Below, piece after piece: positions 9,372-17,148 of a stretch of DNA of 25,735 nucleotides; position 1 is the first letter of the stretch, and each line of letters opens with the position of its first letter. A program made the translations under genes and the position numbers. The DNA is from Myxococcota bacterium (GTDB lineage: Bacteria; Myxococcota; JACRCW01), in NCBI GenBank assembly GCA_040752415.1, contig JBFMGU010000155.1:1-25735 (forward strand), given 5' to 3'. A model generated the notes under the pieces. It saw only the letters and a program-made list of their open reading frames with translations. It ran no database searches and was not told the DNA's origin.

Positions 9372-10694
9372 ATGTCGTCCCTGCCCGTTGCGCTGCTGCT
9401 CACCGTTCTCTCACAGGCGCCGGAAACGCCGGCCCAGAAACCCACGCTGCTGGTGCTTCCCCTGGAGGCGCGTCACGGCGTCCCCGCGCAGCAGATCCAG
9501 GTGATGACCGACTACATGGCCGCGGAGTCGCGACGCATCCCGGGCTACCAGGTGGTGACGCAGGCGGACATCCAACAGCTGCTCAGCCAGGAAGTGCGCA
9601 ACCAGCTGCTGGGCTGCAATGACCAGAGCTGCCTGGCGGACATTGGCGGCGCACTGAATGCCGACGAGATCCTGTTTGGCAGCGTGGGGAGGCTGGGGCG
9701 CAAGGAGCTGGTGCTGAGCCTGACCCGGCTGGACGCGCGTGCGGGCAAGCCGCTGGCCGGGGAAGCGGAGCGCCTCAAGAGCACCGACGCCGACGTCCTC
9801 CTCGACGGAGTCCCGCGCATCCTCAAGCGCCTCTATCCCAAGTACGACCCGCCCGCTCCCCGCGTGAAGCCGCCGAGCCCGCTGCTGGTGGGCGCGTTCA
9901 TGACGCTGGTGGCGGGGGCGCTGCAGTACAGCGCGTTCCTCAGCATCTTTGGCTCCAACTTCCTGGCCGGCTGTTTCCCGCTGCAGCAGGCGGTGTTCTA
10001 CGGCTCCATCGTGCTGTTCCTGTTGGGGCCGATCTACACGTCGTGGCTGCAGGCGTACCTGGCGGACCTCATTGGACGTCGTCAGGGTGGGACGCTGCGC
10101 GCCACATTGGTGGGCATCCTGCTGCAACCGGTGGTGGGTCTGCTCACGGGTGGCTCGGTGTTGTTCTTTGGCATCCTGGGCAGCGCGGTGACGGTGACAA
10201 GTCACGTGGTGAGCTTCCTGGGCAGCGAGTCCTTCCAGCGCATCACGCGAGGTGAGGTCGACAACCCGCAGGTGCAGGCGGACCTCCTCCAGCGCGTGGT
10301 GTGGGCCGTGTTGTCGACGACGCTGGCCACCGGCTTTGGCGTCTCGGTGGGAGTGCTGCCCGGCATCCTGGCCATGACGTTGTGCGTGCCGGCCACGCAG
10401 GCCACCGCCATCCTGTGGGGCGCGGGGGTGCGCTCTCCCGACGAGGATGCCGCGCTGCCCGGTCTCTTCGGCTCGGACCAGGAGCTGCCGGGTCCGCTGC
10501 AGATGCTTCCGCGCTGGATCGTCGGCGGGAAGCGCGAGGAGGACGCGTTGGAGGAACCGCCACCGGCGCCAAGCCCCGCGCCTGCCGCGACGCCACCCGC
10601 CGCTCCGTCGACACCGCCCGCCGCGCAGGCGACGCCGCCGGCCGCTCCGTCGACGCCGCCCGCCTCCCCGGAGCCCGCAACCCCTCAGCCCTGA
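9372..10694 (+). CDS. Membrane protein: signal peptide, myxobacterial CsgG/TolB_N-like periplasmic domain, several TM helices, Pro-rich tail
   Basis: Signal peptide; motif LLGC-x4-CLADIGGALNADEILFGSVGRLG common in myxobacterial exported proteins; multiple hydrophobic segments in the C-terminal half. Confidence 0.75.
   Translation: MSSLPVALLLTVLSQAPETPAQKPTLLVLPLEARHGVPAQQIQVMTDYMAAESRRIPGYQVVTQADIQQLLSQEVRNQLLGCNDQSCLADIGGALNADEILFGSVGRLGRKELVLSLTRLDARAGKPLAGEAERLKSTDADVLLDGVPRILKRLYPKYDPPAPRVKPPSPLLVGAFMTLVAGALQYSAFLSIFGSNFLAGCFPLQQAVFYGSIVLFLLGPIYTSWLQAYLADLIGRRQGGTLRATLVGILLQPVVGLLTGGSVLFFGILGSAVTVTSHVVSFLGSESFQRITRGEVDNPQVQADLLQRVVWAVLSTTLATGFGVSVGVLPGILAMTLCVPATQATAILWGAGVRSPDEDAALPGLFGSDQELPGPLQMLPRWIVGGKREEDALEEPPPAPSPAPAATPPAAPSTPPAAQATPPAAPSTPPASPEPATPQP
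10587..10664 (+). repeat. Intragenic tandem repeat (42-bp period, ATPPAAPSTPPA x2)
   Basis: GCGACGCCACCCGCCGCTCCGTCGACACCGCCCGCC at 10587 recurs with 3 substitutions at 10629. Confidence 0.8.
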
Positions 10695-10794
10695 CGCCGC
10701 GTCATTCGACCTTGCGGATGAAGCTGCAGCACAACCCGCGGCCCCTCCACTCCTTGCGCGGGATGCCGCAGCACATCCTCGTCGTGGGGTGAAA

Positions 10795-11349
10795 TCACAC
10801 GCGGGATTCCACGCTCAGATACCGCGGCGCCACGTGCTCGGTGAGCCACACGCCGTTGGCGGACCGGAAGAACGTGTGCCCGTCCCGCGCCATCCGTGCC
10901 GAGTCGACGACGAGAATCACCGGCTTGCCACGCCTGCCGCCCACCTTCATGGCGGTCTCGCGGTCCGGTGACAGGTGCACGTGATGCCGTTTCATCTTCC
11001 GGAGGCCCTCCTGCAGGATGAGCGGCACCACCTGTTTCGGCGTGCCGTGGAAGAGGACGTCCGGCGGGGCCTGGGGCGCATACGCCAGCTCCACCTGCAC
11101 GGAGTGACCCTGACTCGCGCGGATGCGCAGGCCGTCCGGGCTCAATGCGAACCGCTGCTTGTCATTCAGCGCCACCACTCCCCGGATCTGCTCCGCCGTC
11201 GTCGCGGTTCCGTGACGCACCATGGCCGCCACCAGCTCATCCACGGCCACCCAGCCCGCGGCGTCGAGCGTCACGCCAATGACCTCCGGCTGGTGCCGCA
11301 ACACCAGGCTCATGAACTTGCTCAAACGCACCCGCTCCGCCGGCGTCAT
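10795..11349 (-). CDS. kptA: RNA 2'-phosphotransferase (Tpt1/KptA)
   Basis: SKFMSLVLRH, KQRF, IRASQGHS, LFHGT, RHHVHLS and SANGVWL motifs. Confidence 0.96.
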   Translation of the reverse strand: MTPAERVRLSKFMSLVLRHQPEVIGVTLDAAGWVAVDELVAAMVRHGTATTAEQIRGVVALNDKQRFALSPDGLRIRASQGHSVQVELAYAPQAPPDVLFHGTPKQVVPLILQEGLRKMKRHHVHLSPDRETAMKVGGRRGKPVILVVDSARMARDGHTFFRSANGVWLTEHVAPRYLSVESRV

Positions 11350-11364
11350 CGTCGTACCCCATCG

Positions 11365-11413
11365 ATAGTGTCATGTGGACACGATTGATAGTGTACACAG
11401 AACACCACGTCAA
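11365..11413 (-). promoter_or_regulatory. kptA sigma70-type promoter overlapped by two NrtR-like 21-bp operators
   Basis: Minus strand TTGACG (11413-11408)-N17-TATCAA (11390-11385). Palindrome ATAGTGTC-ATGTG-GACACGAT (11365-11385) and a weaker copy ATAGTGTA-CACAG-AACACCAC (11388-11408); both have a GT-N7-AC core. Confidence 0.65.
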
Positions 11414-11544
11414 GCGGTGCGTCGTCATGGCCGTGGGAGGGAACGTCGGGTGCTGTGTCGCCGACGCAAAGCGGTAATTCTGACCGCACTCCCAAGGTGC
11501 CGGCGGCGGTCGGCCGTGAAGCTCAGGGGCCGGCACGTGGCGCG

Positions 11545-12669
11545 TCAGCCCGGGTTCGCGCCTTCGAAGTTGATCCGGGCTTGGGTCAGCACGTGCTCCA
11601 CGGCGACGATGTGGGCCGCCTGCGCGCGCAACGCCGCGTCGTTCTTGAAGGCCTCTTCCACTTCCGCGCGCGGGAGGCCGGTCTCCTCCGCGTAGCTGCT
11701 CATGAACTCGTCGAGCGAGGCCTGCTCCAGGAGCCCATCCCGCTTGGCCACGGCGCCCAGCACCAGGGCAATGGCCACACGACGGCGCGCATCCGCCCGC
11801 GTGGTGTCGTCGGAGAGCCAGCCCTTGAGGGCCTCCTCCTGCTCCTGGAAGGTGAGCCCGCGCGCCGCCAGCGCCTTGCCCTCCGACTGCGTCCAGCGAC
11901 GACGAATCTCCTCGTCCACCAGCTTGTCCGGCACAGTCACGTTGGTGCGCGAAACCAGCTGGTCCAGCACCATGTTCTTGCCCAGGTCATGCAGCTCCTC
12001 GGCCTTCTCCTCCTCCAGCTCGTCGCGGATGGAGTCCATGACCTCATCCATGGTGGCGCCGCGGTTGAGCTGCTGGAGGAAGTCCGGGCTGGTCTCGTCG
12101 GGCAGCGTGACCTGGCGCGCCGCCTTGATGGTCACCGCGAACACCGCGTTCTGTCCGCGCATGTTCACCGCCGGATAGCTTTGCGGAATCAGCACCGGGA
12201 CCACCTTGCTCTTCCCCACCGCCAGCCCGACGAGACCCTCGCTCAGTCCGGGCAGCAGCGGGTCCGGGTCCAGCGGCAGCCACACGTCGGCACGCGTGCT
12301 GAAAGGCAGGATGCGCCCGCCCACGTAGGCCATGATGTCGACGAGCGCCTCATCCCCCGCGGCCAGTGGCTCCCCCTCGGCGCGGTCCCGCGTCTGCGCG
12401 TGGCGACGACGGATCTGCAGCCAGCGCTCCAGGAGCTCGTCGCTGGAGATGGGCTCGGGGGCGGGGACGGTGACCTCCAGGCCCTCCAGCGAGGGAGCTT
12501 CCACCTCGGGGAGTGCCACGGGCTGGTCGGGAGCGGACTGCAACGCGGGTGCGTTGTGGAGCATCCGACGCAGCGCATCTCCCACGTTGGCCACGGACCG
12601 CTGGGCCATCTTCTCGGGAGGAGGCTTGCTGTTGGACTTGCCGGGCTTGGAGTTGGGCGGACGCGCCAT
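11545..12669 (-). CDS. Trigger-factor paralog (FKBP-like plus C-terminal chaperone domain; no ribosome-binding domain)
   Basis: GDEALVD...LLPGLSEGLVGLAVG...PQSYP...GQNAVFAVTIK...LPD resembles the TF PPIase domain. VPDKLVDEEI and ARRRVAIALVLGAVAK resemble the TF C-domain. There is no GFRxGxxP motif and the protein is only 374 aa. Confidence 0.85.
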   Translation of the reverse strand: MARPPNSKPGKSNSKPPPEKMAQRSVANVGDALRRMLHNAPALQSAPDQPVALPEVEAPSLEGLEVTVPAPEPISSDELLERWLQIRRRHAQTRDRAEGEPLAAGDEALVDIMAYVGGRILPFSTRADVWLPLDPDPLLPGLSEGLVGLAVGKSKVVPVLIPQSYPAVNMRGQNAVFAVTIKAARQVTLPDETSPDFLQQLNRGATMDEVMDSIRDELEEEKAEELHDLGKNMVLDQLVSRTNVTVPDKLVDEEIRRRWTQSEGKALAARGLTFQEQEEALKGWLSDDTTRADARRRVAIALVLGAVAKRDGLLEQASLDEFMSSYAEETGLPRAEVEEAFKNDAALRAQAAHIVAVEHVLTQARINFEGANPG

Positions 12670-12772
12670 GGTTCACCTGGCAACCGCGCACCCGGAGGGG
12701 GACGCGCACGCGGTGCGGAAGGCGGATGACGCTAGCCCAGGGATGGTGGCGCCCCCAAGGGGGACGGGCCGC

Positions 12773-14017
12773 TCACCAGAGGTCGCGGACAAAGCCCGAC
12801 ACGGCGGACACACCCGCGGCCACCTGGCTCACGACGGGGATGTTGGTGGCGGCCACAATCGACGCCGCCGCCGTGATGCCCGCCGCAATCTTCTTGCCGG
12901 TGGGCGCGTTCTTGTCGGCGATGATCGCGGCGGCCTGCGCGGTGTCGGCGGCGGCGATGGCGATGTTCATGCCGGGAACGAAGCGGCCCGCGGCCTTTCC
13001 CAGCGTGGCGGCACCTGCCTTGGCAGCGGCCTTGGCGCCCGCCTTGGCAGCGGCCTTGGCGGCAGCTTCCGCGCCTTCCTTGGCCACCGTCTTGGCCACG
13101 GCCTCCGCGCCTTCCTTGGCCACGGTCTTGGCCACGGCCTCGGCGCCCTCGCGCACGGCGGTGCGGGCGGCGGTACCGGCGGCGTTGCCCGCGGTGGTGG
13201 CGGCGGTGCGCGCGGCGTTGCGCGACATGCCCGCGGCACGTGCAGCCTGCTCGGCGGCCTCACGCGCGGCGGCGCGGGTGGCCTGGCGGGTGCCGCCCTC
13301 CAACGCCGACTTCTGCGCGGCACGCGCGGCAGCTTCCGCCACCTCGGGCGCGGCGCCCTTGGCCACCGCGGCGGCGCGAGCGGCGTCCTTCACACCCTTG
13401 GCCTCCTTGGCCAGGTCCACGGCGCCCTTGATGTCCTTGGCGGTGCTGGCGGCGGAGCTCACCGTGCCGGAGGTGGACTCCACGGCCTTGCGGACGTCCT
13501 CCTTGTCACCGGTCTTGATGGCCTTGGCGATGTCGTTGCCAGCGTCGTAGGCGCCCTTGGCGACGTCGAGAGCCCCGGCGACCCCCTTGGTGGTGCTGGC
13601 GGCGCGCTTGAGGGCCGTGTTGGCGCTGAGCACGCCGTCGGCGGCGGCCGCGGCATTCTTGACGGTGGCGTTGCCGTTCTTCAGCGCCTCCGCGGTGTCG
13701 CCCTTCTGGATGGCCTCCACCGTCTTCACCGCGCTGGTCACCGCCTGCGCCGCGGAAGCACCGGCGCCTACGCGGTCGGAGATGGACTGGGCCTTGGCGG
13801 CGTTCTGCGCGGCGCGCGCTTCACGATCCCGCGCGGTGGCGGCGTCGGTGCTGGACCGGCCGCCCTCGAACTTGTCGCCGGTCTGCGCAGGGGCCTTGGG
13901 CGTCTCCGTCTTCGCGGGCGCCTGGGTCTGCTGCGTCTGCTGGGTCTGTTGCGTCTGCTGGGTCTGCGAGGTGCGCGTGCTCGAGGGGCGGGAAGTGGTT
14001 GAACCGACGCCGGACAT
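12773..14017 (-). CDS. Ala/Lys-rich helical protein with disordered Ser/Thr/Gln N-terminus and hydrophobic C-terminus (secreted effector/translocator-like)
   Basis: GGAGGGAG RBS; strongly biased codons; no Sec signal; N-terminus MSGVGSTTSRPSS...(QTQ)5...GDKFE; C-terminal hydrophobic/amphipathic helices. Confidence 0.85.
   Translation of the reverse strand: MSGVGSTTSRPSSTRTSQTQQTQQTQQTQQTQAPAKTETPKAPAQTGDKFEGGRSSTDAATARDREARAAQNAAKAQSISDRVGAGASAAQAVTSAVKTVEAIQKGDTAEALKNGNATVKNAAAAADGVLSANTALKRAASTTKGVAGALDVAKGAYDAGNDIAKAIKTGDKEDVRKAVESTSGTVSSAASTAKDIKGAVDLAKEAKGVKDAARAAAVAKGAAPEVAEAAARAAQKSALEGGTRQATRAAAREAAEQAARAAGMSRNAARTAATTAGNAAGTAARTAVREGAEAVAKTVAKEGAEAVAKTVAKEGAEAAAKAAAKAGAKAAAKAGAATLGKAAGRFVPGMNIAIAAADTAQAAAIIADKNAPTGKKIAAGITAAASIVAATNIPVVSQVAAGVSAVSGFVRDLW
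13079..13150 (-). repeat. Intragenic 36-bp tandem repeat (EGAEAVAKTVAK x2, decaying into AAAK units)
   Basis: Units 13079-13114 and 13115-13150 are near identical. Confidence 0.8.
13922..13966 (-). repeat. Intragenic 9-bp tandem repeat x5 (QTQ)
   Basis: ctgggtctg/ctgcgtctg/ctgggtctg/ttgcgtctg/ctgggtctg on the + strand. Confidence 0.85.
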
Positions 14018-14077
14018 GGGCTCCCTCCAGGGAAGATTGAAGCGGGCGCGCGCAGGTGACGCGCCGGAGACGGCCCA

Positions 14078-14104
14078 TTATCGCTCGGACCCCGTGCCGG
14101 TTGT
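14078..14104 (-). promoter_or_regulatory. Possible sigma28/FliA-family promoter for the 14017 gene
   Basis: Minus strand ACAA-N15-AGCGATAA versus the consensus TAAA-N15-GCCGATAA, about 60 bp upstream of the start codon. Confidence 0.35.
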
Positions 14105-14193
14105 GGCAGAAGTTGCGTAGTCCCACGCGGCTCCGCAACGGCCGAAATTCACGAACTTTTCCCAGCACTTCCCGATGTACGGGCGTGTCGCAC

Positions 14194-14781
14194 TCAGAAC
14201 CCTTCCAGGCGCTGGCCGTCGGTCTTGCGCGGATCCTGGATCAGGACGTGGGCGGCCGGAGCGCCGCTGCCCAGGGGCGTGAGCCGGAGGACGTGCGGGC
14301 CCAGGCGGTCCGGCGTGAAGCTGAGCTCCGCGGCGTCCCAGGGTTGGGACCGCGAGGAGCCGGTGCGGGCGCGCGCCTCGAAACCACGTTCTTCCTTGAT
14401 GACCACGCGACCCGAGGGATCCATCACCTCCACCCGCAAGCTGACCTGGGTGCCGCTCCGCGCGTCCTCACCCCACGGCGAGAAGAAGAGCGTGTGGGTC
14501 ACCAGGTCGTGCTCGACGACGAATTTGATGTCCGCAAGCGGCTGCCCCGGCGCGTGTCCGTTGGGAACCTCGACGATGGACTCGTGCAACGTGGTGACGC
14601 GGTCCTGCCGGTCCACGTGGAACGCGAGCGCTCCCCCGACGACGCAGCCGAGGGTGAGCACGGCGGCGGTGATGCGCACCCGCGTGGGGGACCAGCCCGC
14701 GTCGGGAGCGAACTTGAGCGTGAGCGCGCCGAGGACCACGCCGGTGAGCACCAAGGCCGCGAGCAGCAGGTAACTTCCCAT
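14194..14781 (-). CDS. Hypothetical membrane protein (two N-terminal TM helices plus a beta-rich soluble domain)
   Basis: MGSYLLLAALVLTGVVLG... and RITAAVLTLGCVVGGALAF are hydrophobic segments; codon bias is good. The upstream part of the listed 653-aa ORF is an antisense shadow. Confidence 0.75.
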   Translation of the reverse strand: MGSYLLLAALVLTGVVLGALTLKFAPDAGWSPTRVRITAAVLTLGCVVGGALAFHVDRQDRVTTLHESIVEVPNGHAPGQPLADIKFVVEHDLVTHTLFFSPWGEDARSGTQVSLRVEVMDPSGRVVIKEERGFEARARTGSSRSQPWDAAELSFTPDRLGPHVLRLTPLGSGAPAAHVLIQDPRKTDGQRLEGF

Positions 14782-14829
14782 GCACCCATGCTGACACGGC
14801 GTGGCTGCCTCGCGCCTCGGGTCGGTGGT

Positions 14830-16263
14830 ATGGCCTCGCGCATGGTGGGCAAGCGGAAGGTGGAGGCGCTGCTGGCGTGGTGTCGCGCGCAATCCATCCA
14901 CGCCGTCCCCTCCGACGAGCTTCCAGCCTTCACGCCCCTCTCCAGTGCGCCGCGTGAGCTCTCCCCCGAGCTGCACCGCGCCCTGCGGGACGATCCGCGC
15001 CTGGACTACGGGAAGGTGGTCCGCCGTGAGCCCACCTGCGTGGTGTTCCCGGACTCGGTGGAGCAGCTCGCGGCGCTGGCCCGCAAGCTTTCCGACGAGC
15101 GCATGCGCTTCTCGGTGCGAGGCACCGCACACAGCTCCGGCGGCCAGGGGCTGACCACGCACGTGCTGGTGGATACGCGCCGGATGGCGGGCATCGTCGA
15201 CGACAACCCCGACGAGGAGCGCATCCGCGTGCGCGCCGGCACCCCCTGGCGGACCGTGGCGCGCCACCTGCTTCCGCAGGGACGCCGGCCCATCCAGATG
15301 GGTGAGAACGTGCACATCTCCGTCGGGGGGACGCTGAGCGCGGGGCTCTTTGGAGACACCACGCACCTGCACGGCCTGCAGATCACCTCGGTGCGTCGCC
15401 TCACGCTGGTGACCGCCACCGGCCAGGTGCTGGAGTTGTCCGCTGACGACGAGATCGCGCGCCACGCGCTCGCCGGGCTGGGGCAGCTGGGGATCATCGC
15501 GGAGGCGGAGCTGGCCACGTGTCGCAAACCGCAGCGCGTGCTCTCCCGCGTCCTGACCTGGCCCAGCGTGTCGCAATACGTGGACGGCGCGCTGCGGAAC
15601 ATGGAACGACGACACCACGACCACGTGCGCGTCCGTTTCTTCTACGGCAGTCCCGGCGTTGCGCCGCGCCTCCAGGGACCGGTGGGCCGCTTGACGACGG
15701 AAAGCCAGCCCACCGCCGAGGACGAGCGCACGTGGCAGGCGATGTTGCCGTTGGAGCTGGGGCCCGCGGAGAACGTGGATCTCACCATGACGTGGGAAGC
15801 CAACCCGTCGGGCTCGTGGGCGCTGGCGTGTCCCGCCCTGGAGGTCCTGCTGCCCATTCCCGAAGGGATGCACGCCTGGGAGGAGATGCATGCGCTCGTC
15901 GTGGAAAGCGGGCTCGACGCGGCGATGTTGGCGGGCACGACGATGATGGTGGTGGGCCCGGACGCACGCTTCCCGCTGGCCCCCGTCTTTCCGACGAGAC
16001 CCGCGCTCCTGGTGGCGCTGCGCCCTTCCCTGCCCCCGGAGGCTGTGCCCCTGGCGTTGCCCGTGATGCACCGGCTGGCACGCATGGCCTTCCAGGCCGG
16101 CGGGCGCCTGTACCTGATCTCGACGCTGCCGCCCGGACGCGCGTGGCTGGAACACCAGTGGAAGGACGCGCTCCCGACGCTGCGGAGGCTCCGCGCCGCG
16201 TGCAATCCCCTGGGTCTGCTCAATCCGGAATCGCTGCCGCTGCGTTGGGGAAACCCTCGTTGA
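14830..16263 (+). CDS. FAD-binding oxidoreductase, VAO/PCMH superfamily, cytokinin-dehydrogenase-like
   Basis: DYG...PTCVVFPDS, VRGTAHSSGGQ (flavinylation His), SVGGTLS, HGLQ...VTATG, LAGLGQLGII and C-terminal NPLGLLNP. Start is 14830 or 14842. Confidence 0.85.
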   Translation: MASRMVGKRKVEALLAWCRAQSIHAVPSDELPAFTPLSSAPRELSPELHRALRDDPRLDYGKVVRREPTCVVFPDSVEQLAALARKLSDERMRFSVRGTAHSSGGQGLTTHVLVDTRRMAGIVDDNPDEERIRVRAGTPWRTVARHLLPQGRRPIQMGENVHISVGGTLSAGLFGDTTHLHGLQITSVRRLTLVTATGQVLELSADDEIARHALAGLGQLGIIAEAELATCRKPQRVLSRVLTWPSVSQYVDGALRNMERRHHDHVRVRFFYGSPGVAPRLQGPVGRLTTESQPTAEDERTWQAMLPLELGPAENVDLTMTWEANPSGSWALACPALEVLLPIPEGMHAWEEMHALVVESGLDAAMLAGTTMMVVGPDARFPLAPVFPTRPALLVALRPSLPPEAVPLALPVMHRLARMAFQAGGRLYLISTLPPGRAWLEHQWKDALPTLRRLRAACNPLGLLNPESLPLRWGNPR

Positions 16264-16301
16264 GAGACGGGGGCCTGTTTTCCGCGCGTGACCCGATCAT
16301 G

Positions 16302-16518
16302 GCTCCCCGCCAATGAGATTGGCAGGCATCAGAATTGATTACGTCCTGCTCACCATTGCGCCGTGGGGTCCATTCGCAGGACTGACCGTGGAAGGATTAC
16401 GGGCGCCGGTGAGGACGCTGGGCGCAACCGCAGTCAGTCCTGCGAAATCGACCACGCGGCGGGGCGGTGAGCAGGACGTAACCATTTGTGATGCCTGCCA
16501 ATCTCATTGGCGGGAAGC
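16302..16518. repeat. 217-bp intergenic foldback: ~90-bp imperfect inverted repeats (REPIN/MITE-like)
   Basis: Arm 16302-16391 matches the reverse complement of 16428-16518 at about 77/90 positions, including a perfect 26-bp block (16306-16331 / 16489-16514). Each arm contains the palindrome GCCAAT-N3-ATTGGC. Confidence 0.92.
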
Positions 16519-16548
16519 TATAACCTTCGCGCATCCCGGAGGTGGTCC

Positions 16549-17148
16549 ATGGTGCGCGCATTGACGGTGTTCCTGGCACTGACGCTGCTTCCCCTGAACC
16601 TTGCCGCGCACCCCGAGGATGCATCCAATCACACGTGCTCCGCGGCACGCCCCGACGGCCCGACCCACCGCCTCTCCGCCTCCTCCACGACGTCACGCCC
16701 GGGTCTGCGGGTGAACCTCGCGCCGCTGGTGATGGCGCCCGCCGTGCTGGGCCTGGTGGGTGGTGTCGCCGCGGTGACGACGGTGGCGGTGGCCGTGGCG
16801 GGGGTTGTGGGGGTGGCCGTGGTGGCAGCAACGGTGGGGCGTTCCCACGTGCAGGATGCGCAAGAGAGCGTGCAGGCCGCGTGGTTGCCCTTGCTGCTGA
16901 CGACGATGGGCGTGGGTGCGCTGGTCCTGGTGCCCACCGTGCTGGCGGCCACCACGCACACGGTCACCGTGGTGCAGGTGGGTCTGCTGGGCAGCGCGCT
17001 GGGCCGCCTCGCCGACGGGTTCACCGTCCGCGACGGCCCGGTCCACGTGGGTGGAAGCCTGGGTGACGCGCCGTGCGGAACGTGCCCGTTCGAGGCCATT
17101 CCGCCGCCGTGTGGACGGGGAGAGATCCACACCGCGGCCCAGCAGTGA
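16549..17148 (+). CDS. Hypothetical exported/membrane protein
   Basis: GGAGG RBS before ATG 16549; signal-peptide-like N-terminus; long Val/Ala/Gly hydrophobic stretches; C-terminal CxxC. Confidence 0.65.
   Translation: MVRALTVFLALTLLPLNLAAHPEDASNHTCSAARPDGPTHRLSASSTTSRPGLRVNLAPLVMAPAVLGLVGGVAAVTTVAVAVAGVVGVAVVAATVGRSHVQDAQESVQAAWLPLLLTTMGVGALVLVPTVLAATTHTVTVVQVGLLGSALGRLADGFTVRDGPVHVGGSLGDAPCGTCPFEAIPPPCGRGEIHTAAQQ

Noticed and set aside
10695..10794. Tiny ORFs between the convergent genes (e.g. MCCGIPRKEW..., MKLQHNPR...)
   Set aside because: Under 30 aa, with no convincing RBS or homology evidence.
14056..14829. N-terminal extension of the 735-aa oxidoreductase ORF (likewise 2598-3194 for nadA and 17771-18568 for the phosphatase)
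   Set aside because: These extensions overlap genuine opposite-strand genes, and family homology starts later.
16302..16518. Foldback as an integron attC site, CRISPR array, retron or simple terminator
   Set aside because: No correctly oriented RYYYAAC/GTTRRRY ends, only two inverted copies with no spacers, no integrase/cas/reverse transcriptase in the window, and far too long with no U-tract.
16313..16564. 83-aa ORF MRLAGIRIDYVLLT and the similar peptide on the opposite strand
   Set aside because: The similarity is a by-product of the inverted repeat; there is no RBS and codon usage is atypical.
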